Below, piece after piece: positions 1-11,960 of a stretch of 64,000 nt of DNA. The translations under genes and the position numbers were made by a program. Positions within the stretch are counted from its first letter, which is position 1; the number at the start of each line of letters is the position of its first letter. Source of the DNA: Neoechinorhynchus agilis (taxonomy: Eukaryota; Animalia; Acanthocephala); NCBI GenBank assembly GCA_051530055.1, contig CM121342.1:2824797-2888796 (forward strand). The letters run 5' to 3'. The notes beneath the pieces were generated by a model that saw nothing but the letters and a program-made list of their open reading frames with translations, had not been told where the DNA came from and made no database searches.

Positions 1-3000
1 TGCACGAATGGCTCGTCGATTTGACAAAATTACCAGCTCCCGTTCCAGGAAAGATCGGCATAAACGTTATTTTGCAATCGAAATGTGTAAAATCATCGGA
101 AATACTTCTCGCCTTACCCGATGCTACAAGACTGCCACTTGTGGACATTCCTCTTACACTACTCGTCGAACTTTTGGGGCCTGACCTTTTAATCCGAGTA
201 TTTACATTAATTCTACTTGAACAAAAAGTCGTGGTTCAATCAAAGGACTACAACGCTCTCACAATGTCTGTTATTGGTCTCGTCCATCTTCTATATCCGC
301 TTCAATACATGTTTCCAGTGATCCCATTACTTCCGAAATCTTTACCGTCCTCAGAACAACTTCTATTGGCGCCTACCCCTTATCTCATTGGAGTTGGAGA
401 GGGATTCTTTAACTTGGGGCAAAGTATTAAACAACTGCCTCGAGATATATGGTTTGTGGAACTTGACAATGGAAAGGTTAGTATATATTGGAGAAATTTT
501 GTGCAAGCTAAAGATTTAGTTGACTTGTCTAAGTGACCAACCAGTACCTAATCTACCGGCAGAGCAAATGGGATTCCTCAAAACGAAATTCGATTCTGTT
601 CGTTAATTTTTTCTTATTGTTATCTTGACACAAAAATTTACAGGTTTATGGACAACTGAGAGACGCAAAGGATACCGATTCGCAGACATTGGACTCTCTG
701 GATGTAGAATTGAGATCGGCTATTGTTAAACTTTATGATTCCGATAATCTTTTACTGAACATCGGCGAACACGCCCGCACACTTCGTCTTTATCCTCGTC
801 CAGTTGTCGTCTTGCAGAAAGACAATTTTCTTAAATCGCGAATATTCAAGACGGAGTTCGTGAATTGGTTGGTCCAAACTCAAGCTATTGAGTATTATGC
901 CGAGTGGCTACTTTGTCCTAATGATATGGCATTTTCAAGAATCCAAACAGGTATGTGCCACTTTCCCAAATTAGGAATCTCCTTTTTTTAATCACTTTCT
1001 GATTTTTTACATTTTCGCTTTTATAAATGTTCCGTTTTTAATAAAATTTTAGAAATTCAGAATCTTGTATTGGCAGAATTATTTCTCACGTTAGAATCAA
1101 GACTTAATTTTGGTTTTATGTATAATTTAGGATCTCAATGTACTTAAATATTTAAATCGTTGCAGTGGTACTAACGAATAGTTTTGTTGGTTTTTCAAAT
1201 GACATTTACGATCCACAATGATTCGTCTTTGAATTTATGAAAGATACTTTATAAAAATTGTTTAATATATAAGTGGTTCCGTGTAAATTTCATTTTTTGT
1301 CTCTAGGCAGTAATCTTTTACCTCGAAAATAATCCCTCGTGTCGAGTTAGCTTAAATACAAATGGATTTAGTTCATCTTCCGACAAATTAAAAAATTCGT
1401 GAATGTATTTTTTCTCTCCAAAAACACAAAATCTAAGTCATAAATTTATTTTGGTACTCTCTTCAATGTTTTCCCTGACGTTTTACTGTATGATTTCTTA
1501 TCGTCTTCGTGTCAATTAAAAAGGGAAACATTCGCGCCTCTTTACATGTGCATTGAACTGATGAAAGGGAATTATACTTCATCGGATCAATCTACTTAAT
1601 AGTTAAATTAGAAATGCGGTGTTTCCTCGCGAAATATCTCGATTCAATAAAATATTCTCTAGTTAAAGATAAAATCCATGAGTATGTGGCGGTAGGGAAC
1701 GTCGTAAATACTTGCAAACAATAATTGACTGAAGAAGTCCATTTTGATTGGACGAAATATTTCAATTAAAGTCAGTCTTTGATATATAATTTTTTCCCAC
1801 CGCCACAAATATTTTATATCTGGGAGTCACTAAGGAATTTTTTTCTAAGTAACAAACAAGGTTTATAATTGGAAATTCATCGGTATTCGCACAAGAATTT
1901 TTCGTTTTATCAATATGAGTTCGATCGAATATCTACTGCGACTGAATTTGTCTTAAATGGATGAATTCTTTTTGTCAAAAATTCAATTTGACGATATTCA
2001 GGGATCGAGCTAGGGCTCATTTTTATCTTTAAACTTTTTAGAAACTCAGGATCCAAACGAAAATTCAAAACATTTTTAACAAATGTGCGCCAGTAATAAA
2101 CATATTGTCAATGTAGGTATTGGTGATCCAAGCCAAGTTGGGGATAAACCTTATTGGTACCAAGATGAACTCATTATATTTAACTTTACTCCAGGTTTCG
2201 GAGATTGTTCTAACCTGTCCATTTATGAACGCGGCTAGTAGTCCACAAATGGACAATATAAACCAAAAGTAAAACCGCAAAGTGGATTTGATGATGATAA
2301 GACATCTTTTTCATCCAAATCACTATCTTCATCGTCACTGAGCTCTTCTTCGTATATTTCATCCGGTGGTGTAGAATTAGAACGCAATAGCGATCTCGGA
2401 GGTGGAATAAAGGAAAGGTTGGCTCGCATACCAGCGAAGATTTCTAATATGATCGCGCTTCAGACAGGTTTGATTATTTATCTTTACACAAGAATCGAAA
2501 ATTCAATTTAGATTCGCCGAATTCAATCGCAAAAAAGCTTATGACAAAAAGAAAATCTGAATTGTTAGTTTCAAGTTTGAAATCAAAAATCGCATAAAAA
2601 TCACAGTCTATATTTTTGGAGAATTCGATGTAGATTAGGGAGGCCTAATCTCTTTGGTTTTTATTGTTTAGAATAAAATTATAAGCTAATCTGTAAAAAA
2701 CGTCGATTTGATTAATTAACAACCTTGATAAAGGCTTGATAATGTGCCTAAGTATCAGACTTAGCGATCGTTTGCTGAATTTTCTGCCGAGATTTTAATT
2801 TAAACCTAATTCAAATACTACGGAAAAGTTAAAGGTCAATACTTATCGTTTTTAGGAATGATCGCCAATTTCTGCGTTCCGCGGTCACGGATGCTTTGAA
2901 CGGCCAACGTCGCCTGAATTGGTTATCTGCTCGTCGATTCGCAGACTTGTGCCGAGATGAAAACAACCGGATTTACATTACAAGGCATATAAGCGATCAG

Positions 3001-5627
3001 CTCGAAAGGTCAACAACCACTCCCAGCGGCGACATGTCAATCCAAGTACTAAATAAAAAAATAGTTTCGATAGAATCTGCAAAATATATTTTAAAGCTAA
3101 TGGAAACACTTCTTCGTTCAATTGAAGGAACATCCGGTCTTGCTAGTCTAATGCTATCGCTTGAGATAATATGTAAATATTGTTTTCAAGAAAATAATCA
3201 AAGTCGTTCAATTTTCCTCTATGAAACTCTCACCGAGCAAGCAAAAGCGATTTTATGGTCGAGTAGTAACGTTTGGGAAAGTGCTTTCTATGATTATGTT
3301 GCTTACCACTTAAGTGGATCATAGAAGCGTCTAAGTGATCCACATAAGTGAGTATGAACGTGAAATCTGCGGACTTGATCAAGAGCCACTTGAATCTATG
3401 AAAAGGTTCGAATTACTCGAAGGTGTGGACAAAAAGCTGTTGGAGAATGAGGAAGATTCTCTTCTCACCGGTCTCTTAAGCAATTTAATTTCGTTTATGG
3501 TAATGATGAGAGTGAATAAAGACGACCTCCGAAGACGAGTGAGGCGTCTTATAGGCAGGACGCGTCTCGCCTTGAATTACAGTCAACTTCTATACGACCG
3601 CTTAGATCTTCAACTCATGAACAATAATTTAACTGATGATTCGAATCCAATCTATTCCGTTGGAACTCGGCATAAAAACTCCTTAATGACGAGAATATTC
3701 GCGATTTCGGATTCTAGAAAATGCAGATTGGATTTGGCACGAGAAAGCATCCTTATTTTCTTCATTGATGATCTCGATGACTCGTCAGTATTGAGTGATC
3801 GGATATGGTATGATCATCTCGTTAGTCTCAACTTTTCAAGTATGACGAAGACAATTTCAATTTGGTGGAGATGTATCGGGAGGATGGGAAATGCTGAAAT
3901 CAAAATGAGGGATATCATTGTTAAGAAGGTTGTATGTTTTGCGTTTTGACCTCAAAATCACGAACAACGGAACTTTTAATTTTATGAAATTTAGTTTCAA
4001 GTTTAAATTATTTTCTTGATCAATAAAAATTCACCTATAATGCTATTTAGCAAATTAATCGTCCTAGTATGAATGAGGAGAGTAAAAATGGAAGTTTCGC
4101 ACAAATTAAATACCACTTCTGAGTCTTTAGGAAAGCAATTTTGACGTTTTTCACTGCATCCAACATGCTACATTTTATAGCTCATTCTAAATGAATTTTC
4201 TATCGATATTCGATCGAGTAATATGCTACTTTCATTCCACAATAGTTTTTACATTTTATGCATAAATGTTGTTCTCAAATACTGGTCACATTTCAATTTT
4301 AATTTAATTTGACATTTGTACGACCTAAAGTTTATTTATTTGCCTAGCTTTCGCCGTTTTACGGCTTCAACTGGACAAATAAATAAACTTTAGGCCGTAT
4401 TTGTCAAATTTAAATTACAATTAAGAAATGCGCATGGAAAATCAAGCAGCGATATTCACGCTATCTTGTCACATTTGATAAAACTTTTTTTCTCGCTTGT
4501 GTTAGATCGATTTTCAAAATTAATACCATGTTGTAAAAACAAGCTTTGAAACCTAAAAAGTAAGTGATTTATGAGTGAATAAAAAAATTTCGAGTCATAA
4601 GTTCTTTATGGATGCTATAGTAGTAAAATTTATTTCAGTTATACAATATAGGGTTTTCTCCACGGCTTCGTCATTAAATCTTGAACCTATGAGTGGTTGA
4701 CCTTCGACAGGTCGTCTGGCCATCGTTTTTTCTTAAATTTGCATCTTTAGAAAATAATAAATACAAATTTGGCAAATCATTAAAAAATTACTCAGCATTT
4801 TGAATAAACGTACCAAAAGTATCCAAATGTAACAGCTATTGTGAAGCGACGGCAGTATTATTTCGAGCGGTAACAAACCCGGAAATTTTGAAATCCGTCA
4901 GTTTTCAAAATCGCGAATTAGGTCTCGAAATTTCAGTTTTAATGTCTATAAAGACATCGGAAGTTTAATGCACTCAACGTTTTTCAATTGATACTTTTTA
5001 GCGAACAAAATATCCGTTTTTTAACTCTACAAATTCCATAGGGAGCGGATGTTTATCATCAGATAAGATCCGCCCTGGACGAATACCACCAACGACAGAT
5101 GAAGAACGCCAAAGCCCCGATTATTATTCGCGAAGATGTGGAGGGTTTGCAATACAAACCCGAGGACATTCTTAAAAAGACAAAATATGACATTTACGAT
5201 CTGGAGAATGGATGGGAAGGTACAATTCAATTCTGGACAAACGGAATAGACATTGAATACGGCGTTGTTCATGCGGATGAAATCAGTTATCAGGTAAATT
5301 AGCTCCTCGATTTCATTTGATCACTCATAGACCGTTCATAAAATTTAGAAAAAGTTTGTTGATATTGGTGATATCGACAAGATTAGTCAAGTCGGCGATA
5401 ATATCCTGGTTATTGCTTTCTTCGACAAAGAATGCAGTTCCACTCGAAAACTGTCTTATCGAACCGATGAAGTAATTTCGTATACTCAAAGAATTCCTCA
5501 CATATATAATTTCGATTTTAAGGTAGAGGAAATCTGTTTTACGTTTATGTCAATATGTTCAATCAACGTTACAAGAAGCCATAGTCTTAAAAGTGAGACA
5601 TACGATCATGATGAAATAAATGAATAA
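1..5627 (+). CDS. MADD: MADD / DENN-domain Rab3 GEF (aex-3-like), 5' end outside window; multi-exon
   Basis: Motifs LLEQKVVVQSKDYNALTMSV, YMFPVIPLLP, EQLLLAPTPYLIG, RTLRLYPRPVV, TQAIEYYAEW, GDKPYWY, EEDSLLTGLLSNLISFM and EEICFT match MADD. Phase-consistent exons: <1-476, 520-597, 644-950, 2117-2467, 2512-2563, 2856-~3928, 5042-5293, 5349-5471, 5523-5627 (TAA). Two internal interruptions at 2211-2260 and 3304-3354 (see findings). Confidence 0.93.
2211..2260. other. TA-flanked hairpin insert E1 in MADD exon (48 nt removed with one TA)
   Basis: TA(2211-12), perfect 9-bp inverted repeat tgtccattt/aaatggaca, TA(2259-60). Carries two in-frame TAG codons. Removal gives ...GDCSKPKVKPQ... Confidence 0.55.
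3304..3354. other. TA-flanked hairpin insert E2 in MADD exon (49 nt removed with one TA)
   Basis: TA(3304-05), cacttaagtggatca/tgatccacataagtg (14/15 inverted repeat), TA(3353-54). Removal gives WESAFYDYVAYEREICGLDQEP. Confidence 0.65.
4287..4435. mobile_element. Foldback/MITE-like hairpin in MADD intron; half copy at 14861-14930
   Basis: Arm atttaatttgacatttgtacgacctaaagtttatttatttg pairs with caaataaataaactttaggccgtatttgtcaaatttaaat. The left arm and loop recur almost identically downstream of PFK. Confidence 0.75.
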
Positions 5628-6466
5628 TATTTTGGTATTTTGGCGCAATCTCCTTCGACGAACGTTAATCGATTTTATTCACTGACGTGGTTTGCACGAT
5701 TTTTTAAAAGTATTCAACGCCACATTCATTGCGCTTACAATGTTAAAATCGTCAACGACGAAAACATAAAATTTATTCTGTTTTAAAAGGTAAGCATTAA
5801 ATCAAATGTTTTGTACTGTGGACTCGCTTCTTTTTCGTAAGTTCGTTCATTTAATATACGGGCTTAACATTGATCTAAAAGAGCCACCAAATCGATTTTG
5901 TTGGTCAAATTTTATGCATTCGACAAATGAAAATATCGAAACTCATATTCGTTATTTGACCATTTTTCATTTGTTGGTTGTTCTTCATTTTCCATCATTA
6001 AACAATTCCTATCGAAAAGAAAAAATGCGATTCTCAGCAAAGATATAAATTTCAAATGTTAAAAAATTAGCTGTTTTTCTTTGCCCACTCTAAGCTAATA
6101 ATTTCATTAAAAATTATTAATAATATGAAAGATTATTTTATAAAAATTCCTTAAAACGTTTGCTTTAAGATGTGCCATTAAATATGCAAGATTTATACTA
6201 TTATTAAATATCACAACAGTTTTAAACGAGAGAAACTAAAACCGTATTTGTAAAATTAATATAAAAAAAGACGACGTATTACTTGTCAAAATTGAAGTTA
6301 TTCGCACTAATAATTCAAAGGTGTTTACAGCAACACCTAGTTTTCATCTTAGGAAAACATCGTTTGCTTTGATTTTGAACTCAAGTTTACGAAACATCAG
6401 CGGTATAAAAAGACGTTGACATTACACCTATCTTCATCTCACCTTAGCTACGACAAGTGAACTAAA

Positions 6467-8836
6467 ATGAAGCTGAGCCTGCTGATTGGACTATACGTTG
6501 TTCTCGTTGTTGCAATCGAAAGTCGTTCGCATAATAAACGACAAGATATTGATGACACTGCAGAAATTTTGGGATCCGTTAGTGAAGGTACGATTTAAAA
6601 TTAAACATGTACTGGAATTTTGATCTTTTTGAATAAATTTAGATGCCGTGGATAAAGCAGTAAAAGATAAAGTCAAAGAAAAGGCAATGGAATCAAAAGG
6701 TTAGTTGTTGCGAAATTAGAAGGTTATTTAGAATTTTTTATCCTCATCTAATTTGTTCGATATCAAGAAAAAGAAAGTAAATTGATAAAGGAGGCAAAGG
6801 AAGATATTGAAGGTGCCGAGGAAAAACGAAAAGGTTCCTCCAAATCTTGTTTTCATAAAGCTTTGCAATGTTTAAGATTTAGAGACCGCTCAAAAGTTGG
6901 AGAAAGGGATGAAAGAGACAAACGACGATGTGGATGATAAATTAAAAGGTTATTTAGAATTTTTCCACCCCATCTAATTTATTCGATGTCAAGGAAAAGA
7001 AAGTAAATTGAAAAAGGAGGCAGAGAAAGATATCGAAGGTGCCGAGGAAAAACGAAAAGGTTTCTCCAAATCTTGTTTTCATAAAGCTTTGCAATGTTTA
7101 AGATTTAGAGACCGCTCAAAAGTTGGAGAAAGGGATGAAAGAGACAAACGACGATGTGGATGATAAATTAAAAGGTTATTTAGAATTTTTCCTCCCCGTC
7201 TAATTTATTCGATGTCAAGGAAAAGAAAGTAAATTGAAAAAGGAGGCAGAGAAAGATATCGAAGGTGCCGAGGAAAAACGAAAAGGTTTCTCCAAATCTT
7301 GTTTTCATAAAGCTTTGCAATGTTTAAGATTTAGAGACCGCTCAAAAGTTGGAGAAAGGGATGAGAGAGACAAACGACGATGTGGAAGACAAATTAAAAG
7401 GTTATTTAGAATTTTTTATCCTCATCTAATTTATTCGATATCAAGAAAAAGAAAGTAAATTGAAAAAAGAGGCAGTGGAAGATATCGAAGGTGCCGAGGA
7501 AAAACGAAAAGGTTGCTCCAAATCTTGTTTTCATAATGCTTTGCAATGTTTAAGATTTAGAGACCGCTCAAAAGTTGGAGAAAATGAAAGAGATAGACGA
7601 CGATGTGGAAGACAAATTAAAAGGTTATTTAGAATTTTTTATCCTCATCTAATTTATTCGATATCAAGAAAAAGAAAGTAAATTGAAAAAGGAGGCAGTG
7701 GAAGATATCGAAATTGCCGAGGCTCATAAATTGAAGAAAGGGCTTCGCGCGCCGGATGAAGATAGTGAAGAAGAGCTGGAAGGTAGTTATAAATTGAGAA
7801 AATGTACATAATAAAAATAATTTTAGAAAGAATTGCAGAAGTTAAAAGGCGAAGAGAACGTATTAAAGGTATACTTTTTTAAATTTAACAGTACATAAAA
7901 AGCTTAGTTTAGAAAAGCAAAGTAAATTAACGATTGAAGGCATGGAGACGGAAGGTTTGGGTTTATTTTACTTATGATTTGAAAAATATAATTTCTGAAA
8001 CAGAAGAGTTGAAAAGATTGGAGAGTGAACGAAAAGAAGCTCAACTCCGTTTAAAAGTAGCAGAAGATAAGCGAAAAATATCCATTGATGATGATTTTAC
8101 TGATATTCAAAAAGAAATCGACGAGACCAAAGAGAAAATCGAGGATCTTGAGCGTAGGGAAAAGCAGTTAAAATCGCGATTGGATAGACTTCGTTCCCAG
8201 AATTTCGATGCCGAAGTAGTAGTGATTGATGGAAAGCGATATAAACTCGTTCATAGAGAAGGAGAGAACAGCGTGGGTGACCGCAACGAACAAGCGTGTC
8301 TGAATCAGAATGAATTTTTGAAGAGATTAAAAGCCGATGTTGACGATTACAAAAGACGGAAAAGTTTTTGTGATATTGATCGGTACCGACCAAGACCTGA
8401 ATTAAACTACGATATTTCCAAGGAAGGTATGGAGCCTGTCCATCGTTATCGAGTGAACGATAGACCATACGTTACGGTGAATGGACGACCATTGAAAAAA
8501 TCGGACGGGAAGGCGGTTAGAGTGTTAAAACGACCAATGGATATTAAGATTGAACGTGAGCCGATTCACGTCATTGTTGAAACTGTCAAAGGAAGATCGG
8601 GACGTAGACCGGTTGGAAATTGTAGAGATGAGAGACTGGTAAGGTGCAAGAAAAGTGCACCAAGACCGAAGATGGCTCCACACGGGCTTGATCCGGTGAT
8701 GGACGAATATTTTATGCGGAAAACTGGACGGCAGATTAGAATGCCGAATCCGCGAAAAGAGGAAGTCGTCTTGAAAATAATTCCAAAGACGATGAAAACC
8801 GTCAGTGACCGAATAAGAGAAATTGAGCGCCACTGA
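6467..8836 (+). CDS. Secreted E/K-rich helical-repeat protein (~577 aa, 14 exons), unknown family
   Basis: Signal peptide MKLSLLIGLYVVLVVAIES. All introns are phase 1 GT-AG. Exons 6467-6587, 6643-6699, 6768-6833, 6883-6948, 6994-7059, 7109-7174, 7220-7285, 7335-7400, 7446-7511, 7561-7623, 7669-7782, 7827-7868, 7913-7954, 8004-8836 total 1734 nt with an open frame. Confidence 0.85.
6720..7720 (+). repeat. ~226-bp tandem repeat (about 4.5 units); each unit is intron-exon A-intron-exon B
   Basis: Exon starts recur at 6768/6994/7220/7446 and 6883/7109/7335/7561, a period of 226. Confidence 0.95.
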
Positions 8837-9440
8837 TGCCGCTTTTTAGTGGTTTAGAAACCAATAAATTAATAGATGGCATTGTTTGGCACCACGCACA
8901 TTTAGAGTTCATCTTAAACTTGCAAGATTCAGTGACTTCATCAAAACTGTGCTCAAATTAAATGTTTACAGATGACAGCAGCGTTAAAGTTTAGCTTAAA
9001 TCTATCAAAAAGCAATTTAACCATTGCGGATAGATCACAGTGCTCATGATTGCTTCAGAATCTACTCCTCGCGTAAGACCGCATTTTCTCACAGAAGCAC
9101 AAGCGCTGTTTCCGCACAACCATAATGTGATGAATTATTCTGCATAGGAGTTGACGAGAATTCTTTATGGTGTGAGGATAAACGTCCGGGTGGTGTAAAT
9201 GTGAGAGCAGCAACTCGTACGACTTTATCTATTCTGGTACTACTCATCTGTTCGATAAGAAAACTCATGGCGTACTCATCTTCACGCTCACCTACGTATA
9301 TTAACAACTCATATAAACCACACAAGAGCGAGAGCTAAAGATTTGTTAGACAAAAACGAAACATCAATTTACACTTTCGCTTGAGTTTTTCGATAGTTGG
9401 CATAGATACGGGAGTTGCACGATTTCTAGATAAAAGGAAA

Positions 9441-10716
9441 ATGGACAAAGAACCTGAAAAACTTGGCGAAAATATGGCAACTCCTAAAAAGAAACTCTCA
9501 TTCGATAGCCGAGCTCTACAACAGGAAAGCGAAGTAAGTGGTGTATTTTAAATTGTGTTGTTGGCGACGAAAATGGTCCAATTCTACTTTATTGACACAT
9601 TTATCCGGCAGTTTTGGTTCCTAACTAGTTGCCATCTTAACACAAAGCATACAAGGAATTTTTCAAGGCGGTTGTTCGAAATTTAGCCATTAGTGTACAT
9701 AAAAACCGAATTTGTGTGCCTCAACCATTTCCAACTTTAAGCAATTGTTGGTTAAAATAAGCGTGAGTGTTTGAGATAACGTTGGCCATTTTGTGTATTT
9801 TTAGATAGAAATATTAAGTAATGGAGAAAAATATTTCTGTAAAATTCGCTTTTACACAGGTAAAATGAGAAAAAAGTACAGCATAACAAAAAAATTAAAA
9901 ATTGATTCCAGAAAAACGAGAAAATGTGACTTGAATATTCTAAATATTTTGCTTAAATGATTTAATTTAATATAGAGGAGCTGAGTTAAACAATTTGAAT
10001 CAAATAAGAACTTGGTGGCATTTTGTTTTTTAACAATAATTAATGGAAATCTGAGACTCGCATTTTATCCCTTTGAAACGAATCAATCCGAATTAATCAC
10101 CTTTGTCGAATAGAATGAAGAAATAATGACTGATTGCAACTGTACCGAAAGGGTCGTAGAAAGTCTAAACTTTTCTAAAGAATTCGAAGACCGATTCAGA
10201 AATGAAGCTGAACGTAATCGAGAGGAATGCCAAGATATTGAAGATATGATTTTTATAGACACTATTCCTCTAGTTGAAGAACAGACACAAGTAGGAAAAG
10301 ATTTTAATGCAGTAAAAAGGGGGAGCGAGACGGTATGAGTAAGCAACTTTTTTTGCATGAAATTTTGTGGGTATTTACAACGCTTAGGATCGGGACGTCA
10401 AGTTCTGCTGATTAAATGGACAAAGAGCACACTTGTTTTTATTCTTTTCTACATTTACGAAAATTCAAGATTTAAATTTAAAAAAAAAAGAATTTTTTTT
10501 AAACTTTTTTTGAATTTAAAATCCAGGCAGCTACGGGATCAATTATTTTTAAGTGGATCTTGAATATTTGTAGCTCAAAATTTGATTCCAATGAAGAAAT
10601 TTTTCCTTTTTGCGTAAATGTTTAAATCTAAAAATCAAACTATATTAATTGTTCGGCTTTTCGTTTTACTTCGATTTTAGCCTATTCTTTTTGTAGAAAC
10701 ATTTTACAGTAATTAA
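9441..10716 (+). CDS. Putative orphan multi-exon gene, 3' end uncertain
   Basis: Three phase-0 exons with canonical sites: 9441-9533 (MDKEPEK...), 10114-10332 (NEEIMTDCNC...), 10527-10613. Possible last exon 10681-10716. No recognised domain. Confidence 0.45.
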
Positions 10717-11960
10717 ATTTGACAAAATAATGTTGATGTTTCCAAAACCGATTTGAATGTTCAATCGAAAAATCCTTACTAGTCCACAATAACAAAATAG
10801 GAACTTCATAAGGTATTTTAAACGGTGAGAATAGTCTCCTCAATATTGACGACTTCCGATTGATTTTAATTTTTTTACGGTGTAACAATTGAAATTATTA
10901 AATCCGATATTTCGACATAATCTTGTTCCTTTAACAAAATTGTCTTCGGTGGATGACCAAGCTAAGTTTTTCTTTCGCGCAAAGACAAAATAGAAGAGAT
11001 GCCGTGAATCCGCGTTTTAGGCACGATGATGGATCGCTCTTTTTGTAAAATTTTGTTCGTCTTCCAAAGCTTTAATCTCGTGTTTCCACAAAATAACGCT
11101 CTTTCCCAAGGTTTAACAGAGTACAAAGTTCGTCAGTCTTTATTGATCTTCGTGCCTTCGCTTCCTTCCGCTCGACAAAATGTGAGACTCTTGCATAAGA
11201 TAATTCATGTAATGTAGAAAATGTTTTTCATTCTTATCTACCGCCACTCGAATGTGCCGATGGATCCGCGAAGCATTTTGCCGTCTTAATAATCCAAATG
11301 ACTGTCGTAATATCGTTTATCATATCCTTTATTGGAATAATTTTCTAATATTGAATCGAAAGTGTATTTTTCTCGTTAAAAATACGTTCAAGGTTGACTT
11401 TTATGTTTTGATTTGGAATCAACGATTTTTTTCACTTTAAACAAATTTAAAATTGCAACTATTCGCATATTTGTTGAATAAATGAAGATCACACTTTGAA
11501 TTAAAATTCGTTGCGACCATCAATTGTAATTGCGATTATATCTTAAAATAAGACAATTTGATAATTTATTTGGATTTTAGGGATTCTTTAATGCAGAACG
11601 GATTTAGTTCAAAAAGTCGAATCTATTATTCGTTAAGCATTCTACTTCTAAAAGTGCTTTTTTCTCTTATTGCTTAAGCGCATCTGAAATGCTTAGAGAA
11701 ATGCAAATGTTCGACTTTTGTCTGAGAAGTGTATTCCGGTTTGGCTGAAATTTCAAAATCTTACGCTCTCCATTTATTATTTCAAGAAAATCCGGCAAAC
11801 GCAATTTCCCCTTTTAAAAACCATTTTTATTGTCTGTCGAGCTTTTAATCTCCTCTGATATCCTCTCTAGGGCACTTCTCCTCCTTCTGTTGAACCAATA
11901 AGTTCGGAGTTTAAAGTCAGGCGTTCAATTTTTCAAAGACGCATTGGCTCGATTGCTTAC

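Noticed and set aside
2235-2429. Acidic minus-strand ORF (EEELSDDEDSDLDE)
   Set aside because: It is the antisense shadow of a Ser-rich MADD exon.
7234-7681. Twin 73-74 aa ORFs in the track (MKKEAEKDIEG...SRKRK)
   Set aside because: They read through introns of the 22-mer repeat gene; the spliced model explains the region.
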